Shown one piece after another: positions 40,325 to 49,691 of a DNA stretch of 64,000 nt; the stretch's first letter is position 1, and every line of letters starts with the position of its first letter. Both the position numbers and the translations under genes were made by a program. The DNA is from an uncultured Pelagibacteraceae bacterium (GTDB taxonomy: Bacteria > Pseudomonadota > Alphaproteobacteria > Pelagibacterales > AG-422-B15). Below the pieces are notes generated by a model. That model was given only the letters and a program-made list of their open reading frames with translations, ran no database searches and was not told the DNA's origin. The stretch is taken from contig CACIBF010000001.1 in NCBI GenBank assembly GCA_902584815.1, forward strand, positions 9,653-73,652, read 5' to 3'.

Positions 40325-40698
40325 TGAAAGAGATGACCCCAAATGAACTAATTAAATATAGCAATAATAATAAATGTATTTTAATTGATGTTCGAACTGA
40401 ACGAGAGTGGGAGACAGTTGGTAAGCCTGACGGCGATCAAATTGGTCTTAAAACATATTTTGTATCCATAAAAGATAATGAAGGATCTTTAAATAAAAAT
40501 TTTGTAAATGATATTCTTAGTCTTGATATTGAAAAAGAACTTGAAATAGCATTCATTTGTAGATCTGGCGTTCGATCTGCATTAGCGTCGGACATGATGA
40601 GTCATGAAGATTATAACTGCATTAATGTTATTGATGGGTTTGAAGGCAATGAAGGATGGTTAAATTCGAAACTACCTTTGAAAAAAAATTATCCTTAG
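40321..40698 (+). CDS. Single-domain rhodanese-like sulfurtransferase
   Basis: 125 aa. Active-site loop CRSGVRS. Confidence 0.85.
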   Translation: MMKEMTPNELIKYSNNNKCILIDVRTEREWETVGKPDGDQIGLKTYFVSIKDNEGSLNKNFVNDILSLDIEKELEIAFICRSGVRSALASDMMSHEDYNCINVIDGFEGNEGWLNSKLPLKKNYP

Positions 40699-40716
40699 GT
40701 TCTTTAAGACTTCTCA

Positions 40717-40728
40717 TAAATAGTGCAA
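40717..40728 (+). promoter_or_regulatory. TAAATAGTGCAA 12-mer shared with the glnB leader (possible -10 plus operator)
   Basis: Exact 12-nt match to the minus strand at 22138-22149. Sits 66 nt upstream of the ATG here and 62 nt upstream of the glnB ATG. Confidence 0.3.
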
Positions 40729-40743
40729 AAAATATTTTTCTCG

Positions 40744-40767
40744 ATAGTAATTAGTACTAATTACTAT
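40744..40767. repeat. Perfect 24-bp palindrome ATAGTAATTAGTACTAATTACTAT (candidate operator or 5'-UTR hairpin)
   Basis: Verified base by base as self-complementary. Lies 27 nt upstream of the ATG at 40794. Confidence 0.6.
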
Positions 40768-40793
40768 GTACAAAAAACATCTCATTGAGTGTT

Positions 40794-43700
40794 ATGGTGC
40801 CATTTATGCGAGTTATGCAAAGATTTTTAATCTTTTTATTTATATTTATTTCAACCAGTAGCGTATATGCTGACCTTGCATATGAATCTTTCATAAGTGC
40901 TTCAGGAGGCGGCTCTCCTAACTTTAATCCACCAGATAATACATCTGTTCAATCATCTGGGACTGCTTCTAATTTGAATTACGATTGGGGTAGTGGACAA
41001 GTTTTAGACTCAGGACGATCAGACGATGTTATTGTCAAATTTACTGGTACTTATGCACACCCTGGTGACTCAGGTGTTTCTTCATCTATTAGATTTGCTG
41101 CTCGTGTCGATGATGGAATTAAAGTCATAATAGATGGAACCACCGTTTTAGATGATTGGCATGATCAAGGACCATCAAATTATAATGTTTCAGGATTATG
41201 GACTGGAGTTGGGGGCCAAGCTTACTCAATAACAGTATATTATTATGAGAATGGTGGTGGTGCAGTATTAAAACTATATGAAGATACATCTGGAGGAACA
41301 TCCTACTCAATTGTTCCTGCCTCAAGATTTGATGGTGATGTAACAAGTCCAACAATGGCCATTACATCGTCAACGGTTTCAGATGGTGATACATCGAACG
41401 ATAGCTCAATTGCTTTAACATTCACTTCAAGTGAGGCTACAAGTAACTTTGCAGTTGGCGACATCAGTGTATCTGGTGGGTCATTGTCAAATTTTGCAGC
41501 GTCGAGTTCTACAGTTTACACCGCAACATTTACGCCAAGTAGTGATGGAGCTACAACGGTTGATGTTAATGCAGGAGTGTTTACAGACGGAGCCTCAAAT
41601 GGAAATATCGCTGCATCCCAATTTAATTGGACGTATGACAGCACCTCTCCAACAATGACCATTACATCGTCAACTGTTTCAGATGGTGATAAGTCAAATG
41701 ATAGCTCAATTGCCTTAACATTCACTTCAAGTGAAGCTACTAGCAATTTTGCTGTTGGTGACATCAGTGTATCGGGCGGATCTTTGTCAAATTTTGCAGC
41801 CTCTAGTTCTACAGTTTACACCGCGACGTTTACGCCAAGTAGTGATGGAGCCACAACTGTTGATGTTAATTCAAGTAAGTTTACAGATAATGCTGGAAAT
41901 AATAATTCTGCCGCTTCGCAATTCAACTGGACTTATGATGGTACTTCTCCAACAATGGCCATTACATCGTCAACGGTTTCAGATGGTGATACATCGAACG
42001 ATAGCTCAATTGCTTTAACATTCACTTCAAGTGAGGCTACAAGTAACTTTGCAGTTGGCGACATCAGTGTATCTGGTGGGTCATTGTCAAATTTTGCAGC
42101 GTCGAGTTCTACAGTTTACACTGCAACGTTTACACCTTCTGGCGAAGGCTCAACAACAATAGATATAGAAGCAAGTAAGTTTACAGATAATGCTGGAAAT
42201 AACAATTCTGCTGCATCTCAATTTAATTGGACATATGATAATACAGCAGTCACAGTATCAAGTTTTACATTATCAGATACAGCATTAAAAGTAGGAGATA
42301 CGGCCACTGTAACATTGGTATTTTCTGAGGCGGTTACTGGATTTAGTAGTGATGATGATATCACTGTTCAAAATGCATCTCTTACAACAATGTCAACTAG
42401 TGATAGCATTACTTGGACTGGAACATTAACACCCTCATCAAGTGTTGAAGATGCATCAAATATATTATCGTTGGCAACAACCTATACAGACTTAGGTGGC
42501 AATGCAGGGTCTTCTGCAACTACTGCAAATTATTCTGTAGAAACTATAAGACCTTCTGTAAGCAGTTTTGTTCTTGCGGATACTGATTTGGATGCAGGTG
42601 AAACCACGACAGTGACTCTTGTTTTTTCTGAGGCGGTTACAGGATTTAGTAGTGATGATGATATTACTGTTCAAAATGGATCACTTACAGCAATGTCATC
42701 AAGTGATAACATCACTTGGACAGCGACATTTACGCCTACATCAAGTACGGATGACACATCTAACATTTTAACATTAGCAACCTCATATACCGATACTGCG
42801 GGTAATGCTCCATCCTCATCATCAACAACCGCTAATTATTCTGTAACTACAATTCGACCCACTGTATCTTCAGTATCATTTGGTGACACGACGATGAAAA
42901 TAGGAGAAACATCTTCAGTTACAATTGTGTTTTCAGAAGCAGTAACTGGCTTTGCTAATGCTAATGTTTCAATGCCAAATGGATCCCTTTCAACGCTTTC
43001 AACGAGCAATAATATCACTTGGACTGGAACATTTACTCCAACTTCTGACACAGAAGCTTCTTCTAATGCTTTAGTGATTGATACATCTTTTACAGACAGT
43101 GACGGTAATGCAATGACTTCATCTTATTCGTCATCAAATTATGCAATCGATACAAAAGCACCAACAGTCGCAATAACATCATCTACAGTTAGTGATGGAG
43201 CAGCATCAAATGATGGTTATATCGCGTTAACGTTTACATTTAGTGAAAGCGTTTCAGATTTTGTACAGGATGATTTAACAGTTAGCGGGGGTGTTATTTC
43301 AGATTTTACTGGAAGTGGCACTACATACACAGCAAACTTTACACCAACAGTTCTGCTTATTGATACGACAATTGATATCGAAACTAGTAAGTTTACTGAT
43401 AGTGCTGGCAACTCTAATTCAGCTGCAGCAACTCAGTTTAATTGGACTTATGATGGTGAAAAGCCAATCATGACAATAACAGCACAACACTATGTATACG
43501 GGTGGTGGTATAGCGGCCCTCGTATAGGTACATTAGCTAATTTAGAAGATGGAGGAATTACAAACAGTAGATGGATCAATCTTACCTTTAAAGCAACAGA
43601 AGATATTGTTGGTTTCACAGCGAATGATATATCTGTTACCGCAAATGGATCAATATCACATTTTTCTGGAAGTGGAGACACGTATACAGCACGTTTTCAC

Positions 43701-46700
43701 CCCTCGGCTGAAAGCTATAGCAATTTACGTGATGGAGCAAAAGCAATCAGTGTAGCAGAAGATTTATTTACTGATTCAGTTGGAAACACTAACTTTGCCA
43801 CACTTGAATTTAATTACACTAGTGATCGAACTCAACCTGAAGTTCAATCAGCAACTTCAACGCCAAATACGTTTTATAGGTCAGACTATCAAAACAATAT
43901 TGGCATACGAAGATCAAATGCCTCTTCTATCAATGTAGAGTTAGTATTTGGTGAAGAAATTATAGGTGCTGAGATAAGTGATATTAATACATGGAATGCT
44001 GATGTTTCAAATTTTTCAGGTAGTGGAACAACCTATAGCTATACACTTACTCCAACTAACACATCATCTAATGACGAATATGTATATGCCGCCAGTTATC
44101 AATTTGGAACTGATTTAGCAGGTAATAATGCAAGTGGCTACTCATTTACAAATACAGGTACACTTTATGAGGGGCTCGGGTATGTTTACTTTATATCTGA
44201 TAAAGTTGCTCCCTCAATAATTATTGAGTCATCAACTGTTAGTGATGGTGACGCTTCGCAGGATAGTTCTATTGCTTTGACGTTTACTACTTCAGAAAGC
44301 ACAACAAACTTTGTATCGAGTGACATCACTGTTAGTGGAGGGTCAATATCAAACTTTAGTGGAAGCGGAACATCTTATTCAGCAACATTCACACCTACTG
44401 GACAAGGAGCCACTTCCATTGATGTCAATGCAGGAGCATTCACTGATGAAGCCGGCAATAATAACACTGCGGCAACTCAATTTAATTGGTTGTACGATAC
44501 AACTCCTCCATCAATAACAATTAGTTCATCAACAGTTTCAAGTGGATCAACAACTACTGATACATCGATCAATTTAACATTTACACTAAGTGAGTCTTCC
44601 ACTGATTTTGGACTTGATGACTTAACAATAGCAAATGCACAAGTATCAAACTTTACAGGCAGTGGGGCAAGTTATTCAGCGACATTAACCGCAATTTCAT
44701 CCTCTCAGACATCAGTTACAGTTGCTGCTAATAAATTTACAGATGCAGCAGGATTCAATAATACTGTATCAAATACGTTTACATGGTCTTATGATGGAAC
44801 TGCCCCACTAATTGCAATTTCATCATCAACGAGTGGAGTAACAGATGGATCAGTGACTAATGATAGCTCTATCGGATTGGTATTTTCTATCTCTGAGTCA
44901 GTAAGTAATTTTGCTGCAGGAGATATAACAGTAAGTGGAGGAACAATTTCAAACTTTAGTGGCAGTGGCGCATCATATACAGCCACCTTCACTCCATCCA
45001 GTAATGGTGCAACAACAGTTGATGTAAGCGCAGGTACGTTTACTGATGGTGCGAACAATAATATTGCAGCATCTCAATTCAACTGGACATATGATTCCGT
45101 TGCTCCAACGATAACGATTACATCTTCAACAGTAAACGATGGTGATACGAGCAATGATGTTTCAATTGTATTGACATTTACTCTTTCAGAATCCTCTACA
45201 AACTTTGTAGCGGGTGATATCAGTCTAAGCGGAGGAACTTTATCAAACTTTGTTGGTTCTGGAACGACTTATACCGCTCGATTTAAACCATCTGGAGATG
45301 GTGCAACAACAATAGATGTAAATGCAGGCTCATTTACAGATATAGCTGGAAATAATAGTACTGCCGCATCACAATTTAATTGGACGTATGACAGCACTAG
45401 TCCATCGATTACAATATCATCATCCACTGTATCAACTGGTTCGGCATCAAATGATTCAACAATTTCCGTCGCCTTCTCTACAAGTGAAACAACATCTAAT
45501 TTTACTATAAATGACATAAAAATTGATGGTGGCACATTATCTAATTTTAGCGGAAGTGGTACTTCATATACGGTAACAGTAACACCAAATGCCGATGGCT
45601 ATGTTTATATCGATGTTGAGGCAGGAGTCTTTACAGACTCAAGTGGAAATTTTAGTACGGCAGCGACACAGTTTGTTTGGACTTATGACGGGACTCGTCC
45701 ATCTGTGTCTATTACATCTTCAGAAGTTAATAACTCATCAGTATCAGACGATACTTCTTTATCTCTAACATTTACTTTAAGTGAAGTGGCAACAGACTTT
45801 ACTGTTGACGACATTACTGCAACTGGTGGAACAATTGCAAGTTTTAGTGGTAGTGGAACAAACTACACAGCAACATTTACTCCAAGTGGCAATGGTCAAA
45901 AACAGATAAAGGTTGAGAGTGGTAAATTTACTGATGCTGTAGGAAATATAAATGAGGAAGCAATTTTTGATTGGCTATATTTAGCTTCACCATTTGAAGA
46001 TACCGAAAGCGAGTCTGTATTGAAAGAGCAAGCTGGACCAACAGAGGTAGCAATGATACAGACAAGAGATACAGTTCTTGGACGTCTCTCATTTATAAGA
46101 AATAGTGGAAATCAATCTCATCAAGGAATAAAGCTTAGCTATAATGGATCTAACGAAGATTTGTTAAAATTTGTAGATGTTTTTGGAAGTAAGGTAAACT
46201 TTGCTTATAATCCAATATTTCAATGGAGCATTTGGACATCTGGAACAGTTAGTTATGGAGATACGGAGACAACCGGAACAAAACTTGGAAGTAAGACAAA
46301 AGTAAAAGATTTATCAATTGGATTTGATAAACAAATTTCTGAAGATTATTTGTTAGGGTTTGGTATTCATGAGTCAAGGGGGGAAAATACAGTCCAGTTT
46401 GAAAGAAGCAACGTTTATTCAGACTCGTTATCAGTCTCAAGTTATCACAATATAGCTCTTGATAATAATGAGTATATTGATTTAATTCTAACATATGGAG
46501 ATATTGAGATAGATGGCAATAGATATGCAAGCGGCACTTCAACTAATCATACATTCTATCGGACTGGTCATTATTACAATACTTCATTAGGATTCAATAA
46601 AATTCTGACTACCAATAATTTGAGTCTTAATCCGTATGGTCGATTTAGTTTTGGTCAGATTGAATTGGCCGCTTATGACGAAAGTCCTGGAGTTGAGGCT

Positions 46701-47078
46701 TTACATGTAGCTGCTCAAGCAGTGAGCACATCTTCACTTGTATTTGGAACAGATATTAGAAGTATGAACGAGATTAATGTAGATAAAAAAGTTTATAAAC
46801 TATCTTTTGTGCCGGTATTTGATTTATCGTTTGAAGAGAATCTGACAAGAAGATCAAATCTTTTTGTGAATTATTTAGCAAACCCTGATAAAATTTACGG
46901 TAGCCGACTTGATCCAAGTTTTGACTTCAAAGGACGGGCAACGCTGAGATTAAATTCTATGCTGACAATCTCAAGTACTGATAACATTCTTAGTTCAGAT
47001 ATTGCAATATCTGCAGAAAAATCATCAGATAGATACTCTTCATACTCCTTATCGTTATCACTAGACTATAAATTCTAA
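40794..47078 (+). CDS. Giant surface protein: signal peptide, PA14-like domain, 15 tandem Ig-like modules, C-terminal autotransporter-type beta-barrel
   Basis: Uninterrupted 6.3-kb ORF (in-frame TTG at 40785, ATGs at 40794 and 40806). Signal peptide [22 protein letters not shown]|D. See the sub-features for the domains. Confidence 0.9.
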   Translation: MVPFMRVMQRFLIFLFIFISTSSVYADLAYESFISASGGGSPNFNPPDNTSVQSSGTASNLNYDWGSGQVLDSGRSDDVIVKFTGTYAHPGDSGVSSSIRFAARVDDGIKVIIDGTTVLDDWHDQGPSNYNVSGLWTGVGGQAYSITVYYYENGGGAVLKLYEDTSGGTSYSIVPASRFDGDVTSPTMAITSSTVSDGDTSNDSSIALTFTSSEATSNFAVGDISVSGGSLSNFAASSSTVYTATFTPSSDGATTVDVNAGVFTDGASNGNIAASQFNWTYDSTSPTMTITSSTVSDGDKSNDSSIALTFTSSEATSNFAVGDISVSGGSLSNFAASSSTVYTATFTPSSDGATTVDVNSSKFTDNAGNNNSAASQFNWTYDGTSPTMAITSSTVSDGDTSNDSSIALTFTSSEATSNFAVGDISVSGGSLSNFAASSSTVYTATFTPSGEGSTTIDIEASKFTDNAGNNNSAASQFNWTYDNTAVTVSSFTLSDTALKVGDTATVTLVFSEAVTGFSSDDDITVQNASLTTMSTSDSITWTGTLTPSSSVEDASNILSLATTYTDLGGNAGSSATTANYSVETIRPSVSSFVLADTDLDAGETTTVTLVFSEAVTGFSSDDDITVQNGSLTAMSSSDNITWTATFTPTSSTDDTSNILTLATSYTDTAGNAPSSSSTTANYSVTTIRPTVSSVSFGDTTMKIGETSSVTIVFSEAVTGFANANVSMPNGSLSTLSTSNNITWTGTFTPTSDTEASSNALVIDTSFTDSDGNAMTSSYSSSNYAIDTKAPTVAITSSTVSDGAASNDGYIALTFTFSESVSDFVQDDLTVSGGVISDFTGSGTTYTANFTPTVLLIDTTIDIETSKFTDSAGNSNSAAATQFNWTYDGEKPIMTITAQHYVYGWWYSGPRIGTLANLEDGGITNSRWINLTFKATEDIVGFTANDISVTANGSISHFSGSGDTYTARFHPSAESYSNLRDGAKAISVAEDLFTDSVGNTNFATLEFNYTSDRTQPEVQSATSTPNTFYRSDYQNNIGIRRSNASSINVELVFGEEIIGAEISDINTWNADVSNFSGSGTTYSYTLTPTNTSSNDEYVYAASYQFGTDLAGNNASGYSFTNTGTLYEGLGYVYFISDKVAPSIIIESSTVSDGDASQDSSIALTFTTSESTTNFVSSDITVSGGSISNFSGSGTSYSATFTPTGQGATSIDVNAGAFTDEAGNNNTAATQFNWLYDTTPPSITISSSTVSSGSTTTDTSINLTFTLSESSTDFGLDDLTIANAQVSNFTGSGASYSATLTAISSSQTSVTVAANKFTDAAGFNNTVSNTFTWSYDGTAPLIAISSSTSGVTDGSVTNDSSIGLVFSISESVSNFAAGDITVSGGTISNFSGSGASYTATFTPSSNGATTVDVSAGTFTDGANNNIAASQFNWTYDSVAPTITITSSTVNDGDTSNDVSIVLTFTLSESSTNFVAGDISLSGGTLSNFVGSGTTYTARFKPSGDGATTIDVNAGSFTDIAGNNSTAASQFNWTYDSTSPSITISSSTVSTGSASNDSTISVAFSTSETTSNFTINDIKIDGGTLSNFSGSGTSYTVTVTPNADGYVYIDVEAGVFTDSSGNFSTAATQFVWTYDGTRPSVSITSSEVNNSSVSDDTSLSLTFTLSEVATDFTVDDITATGGTIASFSGSGTNYTATFTPSGNGQKQIKVESGKFTDAVGNINEEAIFDWLYLASPFEDTESESVLKEQAGPTEVAMIQTRDTVLGRLSFIRNSGNQSHQGIKLSYNGSNEDLLKFVDVFGSKVNFAYNPIFQWSIWTSGTVSYGDTETTGTKLGSKTKVKDLSIGFDKQISEDYLLGFGIHESRGENTVQFERSNVYSDSLSVSSYHNIALDNNEYIDLILTYGDIEIDGNRYASGTSTNHTFYRTGHYYNTSLGFNKILTTNNLSLNPYGRFSFGQIELAAYDESPGVEALHVAAQAVSTSSLVFGTDIRSMNEINVDKKVYKLSFVPVFDLSFEENLTRRSNLFVNYLANPDKIYGSRLDPSFDFKGRATLRLNSMLTISSTDNILSSDIAISAEKSSDRYSSYSLSLSLDYKF
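40998..41330 (+). other. PA14-like carbohydrate-binding domain of the giant protein
   Basis: VIVKFTGTY...[24 protein letters not shown]...[19 protein letters not shown] matches the PA14/GLEYA-type pattern; recognition only. Confidence 0.6.
41346..42245 (+). repeat. Three 300-bp tandem units with near-identical DNA
   Basis: Units start at 41346, 41646 and 41946. Positions 41348-41521 are 100% identical to 41948-42121 (174 bp). Confidence 0.95.
41346..45989 (+). repeat. Array of 15 tandem coding repeats of about 100 aa each (bacterial Ig-like modules)
   Basis: Recurrent P[ST][11 protein letters not shown]..S.D.SI.LTFT.SE....F...DI.VSGG.LSNF.GSG..YTATFTP...G...ID......FTD.AGN.N.....QFNWTYD. 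Modules 4-6 are an FSEAVTGF subtype. Modules 8-9 are degenerate and about 125 aa long. Confidence 0.85.
45990..47075 (+). other. C-terminal linker plus predicted outer-membrane beta-barrel (autotransporter-like translocator)
   Basis: 362 aa with alternating hydrophobic/polar strand pattern rich in Y/F/S/G/N. Ends ...[11 protein letters not shown] (terminal aromatic residue). Confidence 0.55.
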
Positions 47079-47079
47079 T

Positions 47080-47688
47080 TTAACGGTTATTAGAATGACT
47101 TGAAATAACCGCTTTTATTGACGGTCTCTCACTAAGTTCTTTTATAAGATTTGATAATTTAGGCCTATTGGTAAATAGTTTTTTTCGATCATGATCCCAT
47201 GTTGCAATCATATATAAATAAAAATCAGCGGCAGTAAGCTCTTTGCCACAAAGATATGGATTAAGAATTGTCTCAATATAATTATAGATTGTGACTTGTC
47301 TTTCAGCGGCTCTACTTCTTAAATCATCATAATTTTCTTCTGAGACATAATAATAACTATGATTTTGGTGATGATAATTCTGATAAATACTAGTCGACAT
47401 GACTGACATTGATTGATTGTAGAGATCACGTTGTGGTGTAGTAATTTTTGGTATTAGTATATCTTTTGTTTCAACTATGTGCGCTACTATTGCAGTTGTT
47501 TCAAAAACAAGATGACCGTCTGGACACTCCAAAACAGGTATTTTTCCCATTGGACTTTTTTTCAAGAAATCATCTTTTTTTGAACTTTCGTAGTCAACTT
47601 TTATGAATTCGTAATCAGCATCAGCTTCGTTAAGTAAGAACTCAGCTATAAGTGATCCAGCAAATGGGCGTCCATAGACTTTGTACAT
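47080..47688 (-). CDS. Glutathione S-transferase family protein
   Basis: 202 aa. N-terminal thioredoxin-like part (GKIPVLECPDGHLVFETTAI) and a helical C-terminal domain. Confidence 0.8.
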   Translation of the reverse strand: MYKVYGRPFAGSLIAEFLLNEADADYEFIKVDYESSKKDDFLKKSPMGKIPVLECPDGHLVFETTAIVAHIVETKDILIPKITTPQRDLYNQSMSVMSTSIYQNYHHQNHSYYYVSEENYDDLRSRAAERQVTIYNYIETILNPYLCGKELTAADFYLYMIATWDHDRKKLFTNRPKLSNLIKELSERPSIKAVISSHSNNR

Positions 47689-48606
47689 TTATGCTGGCCA
47701 ACCAGCTCCAGGAATATCAACGCGTGTTGTGTATATTTTTCCAAATTTATTTTTACTAGCAACTTCCGGAGTAGATTCTTGACCAGTAGAAATGTATAAT
47801 GTCTTTCGATCTTGTCCTCCCAACATGCATGCGAATGCTCTGTTGGGTGTTTGAATTGAGTCTGTAATTTTTCCCCCCTCTTCAACTCGAAGTACTTCAG
47901 TAGAAGTAGGGGAAGCTACCCATATGCCCATTTTCTCGTCCAAGCAAATTCCATCGGGGACACGTACTTTGTAAGTTGACTCTTTTGCTTTTACACCAAA
48001 GAATCTTTGAATTTTTGTATAATAATAAAAAGGCAAAGGCATCAGTTGAGCCCATACTTTTCTATTCGAAAGAGACTTGTCATCGTTAATATCATATGAA
48101 GTTAAACGACCAGCATAAGTTTCACCTAAAATCATCCTCTTTCCATCAGGTGTAATTACAGTTCCATTTGGAAATTCTAAGTTGTCTGCCGCAATATTAG
48201 CATCACCATCAGGTGTTACATGAATTAAGCAAGTTGGTTTAACATTTACATTATGTTGTGTTGTTCCAAAATTTCCAATATAGGCATGGCCATCTCTATC
48301 TACGACCATATCATTACATGTGAATTGTGTAAGATGTGATAAGTCAGAATGGACAGTTAATTGTCCATTGCTATATTTCATTAATTTTTGGTCATGCATT
48401 GAAACTATGAGTAAATCATTGTTTGGAAGCCATCCAAGACCTGATGGCTGGTTTGGTATATCAACTACTTTTTCAACACTTCCCGACTCATCAACACAAA
48501 AAACAGCTTTTTGATAGAAATCTGAGTACCAAAACTTTCCATCATGCCAGCGTGGCCCTTCCGAAAAATGTAGGTTATCAACCAGAAGTTTAAGATCATT
48601 ACTCAT
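47689..48606 (-). CDS. SMP-30/gluconolactonase/LRE-like beta-propeller protein
   Basis: 305 aa. FSEGPRWHDGKFWYSD and NDMVVDRDGHAYIGNFG motifs. Its stop codon directly abuts the GST start. Confidence 0.85.
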   Translation of the reverse strand: MSNDLKLLVDNLHFSEGPRWHDGKFWYSDFYQKAVFCVDESGSVEKVVDIPNQPSGLGWLPNNDLLIVSMHDQKLMKYSNGQLTVHSDLSHLTQFTCNDMVVDRDGHAYIGNFGTTQHNVNVKPTCLIHVTPDGDANIAADNLEFPNGTVITPDGKRMILGETYAGRLTSYDINDDKSLSNRKVWAQLMPLPFYYYTKIQRFFGVKAKESTYKVRVPDGICLDEKMGIWVASPTSTEVLRVEEGGKITDSIQTPNRAFACMLGGQDRKTLYISTGQESTPEVASKNKFGKIYTTRVDIPGAGWPA

Positions 48607-48809
48607 GTAGCATCTCCAATTTACTTATTAACTTGTTGAATTTATTAATTAAATTAAATCTAAATAATGTTATTTTGTCACATCCAATTGAATTCATTAA
48701 TCTTATTTTTACATTAAAATGATACACAAATAATCGTATCTGAATAGGCATATCGTTGTTTTTTTTTACTTTTTTAAGTGTATATATTGTTTAAAAGCTC
48801 TTTAGGATT

Positions 48810-49175
48810 ATGAACTTTATATTAGCTGAGTACCTTCCATTAGCAATTTTTCTAATTGTTGCACTGGTTATTAGTTGTTTGTTTATATTGGCAAATTTTC
48901 TTGTTGCCAAAAGAAATCCTGATCCAGAAAAGAGTGATGCATTTGAAAGTGGCTTTCCTCAGTTTGGAGATTCCAGAATGAAATTCGATATTCGATTTTA
49001 TCTTGTTACTTTGCTATTTATTATTTTTGATCTTGAGGTCACCTTTTTGTTTCCTTGGGCAATTACCTTTGGAAATCTAGGATTACTTGGATTTTTCTCG
49101 ATGATGTTTTTCCTAGGTGTCTTAACCATTGGCTTTATATACGAATGGAAGAAAGGGGCACTTGAATGGCAATAG
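48810..49175 (+). CDS. nuoA: NADH-quinone oxidoreductase subunit A
   Basis: 121 aa, 3 [13 protein letters not shown] motif. First gene of the nuo cluster. Confidence 0.93.
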   Translation: MNFILAEYLPLAIFLIVALVISCLFILANFLVAKRNPDPEKSDAFESGFPQFGDSRMKFDIRFYLVTLLFIIFDLEVTFLFPWAITFGNLGLLGFFSMMFFLGVLTIGFIYEWKKGALEWQ

Positions 49176-49687
49176 CGGCAACACCAGAGATCGGATCTCA
49201 AGAATTAGAAGATCTTAAACAACGATATTCAGATAAAGGTTTTATTGTAACAAATGTTAATAATTTGATTAATTGGGCCAGAACAGGCTCATTGCATTGG
49301 ATGACTTTTGGACTTGCATGTTGTGCCGTTGAAATGATGCATGTTGGGACACCTCGATATGATGTTGAGCGAATGGGTGCAGCACCAAGAGCCTCACCTA
49401 GACATGCTGATGTAATGATTATTGCAGGAACATTAACTAACAAGATGGCTCCTGCACTAAGAAAAGCTTATGATCAAATGGCTGAGCCTCGTTATGTAAT
49501 TTCAATGGGAAGCTGTGCTAATGGTGGAGGGTATTACCACTATTCATATTCAGTAGTAAGGGGAAGTGATCGCATAGTCCCAATTGATATTTATGTTCCA
49601 GGATGTCCACCAACAGCTGAGGCATTAATGTATGGAATATTGCAACTTCAAAAGAAAATACGTAGAGAAGGCAACATAGTTAGATAA
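49166..49687 (+). CDS. nuoB: NADH-quinone oxidoreductase subunit B
   Basis: N2 cluster ligands [17 protein letters not shown] and PGCPP. Confidence 0.96.
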   Translation: MAIAATPEIGSQELEDLKQRYSDKGFIVTNVNNLINWARTGSLHWMTFGLACCAVEMMHVGTPRYDVERMGAAPRASPRHADVMIIAGTLTNKMAPALRKAYDQMAEPRYVISMGSCANGGGYYHYSYSVVRGSDRIVPIDIYVPGCPPTAEALMYGILQLQKKIRREGNIVR

Positions 49688-49691
49688 ATTT

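Noticed and set aside
41346-45989. Regularly spaced repeats that could superficially suggest a CRISPR-like or satellite array.
   Set aside because: The period is 300 bp with no short conserved repeat and unique spacer alternation. The whole stretch is one open reading frame encoding protein modules.
41125-46542. About a dozen 60-97-aa ORFs in other frames or on the other strand within the giant gene.
   Set aside because: They are by-products of the repetitive, compositionally biased coding sequence. The 2097-codon frame is uninterrupted and has coherent domain structure.
47646-47885. 79-aa ORF spanning the GST/SMP-30 junction on the minus strand.
   Set aside because: It is out of frame with both well-supported genes and overlaps them completely. 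It has no motifs.
33947-48809. Classical tRNA-targeted genomic island (integrase plus a direct repeat of the tRNA-Asp 3' end).
   Set aside because: No integrase or recombinase ORF is present. I could not find a second copy of the tRNA-Asp 3' segment (GGTTCGAGTCCCGTCACTCCCGCCA) at the nuoA-proximal boundary. I therefore treat it as a flexible region, not a mobile element.
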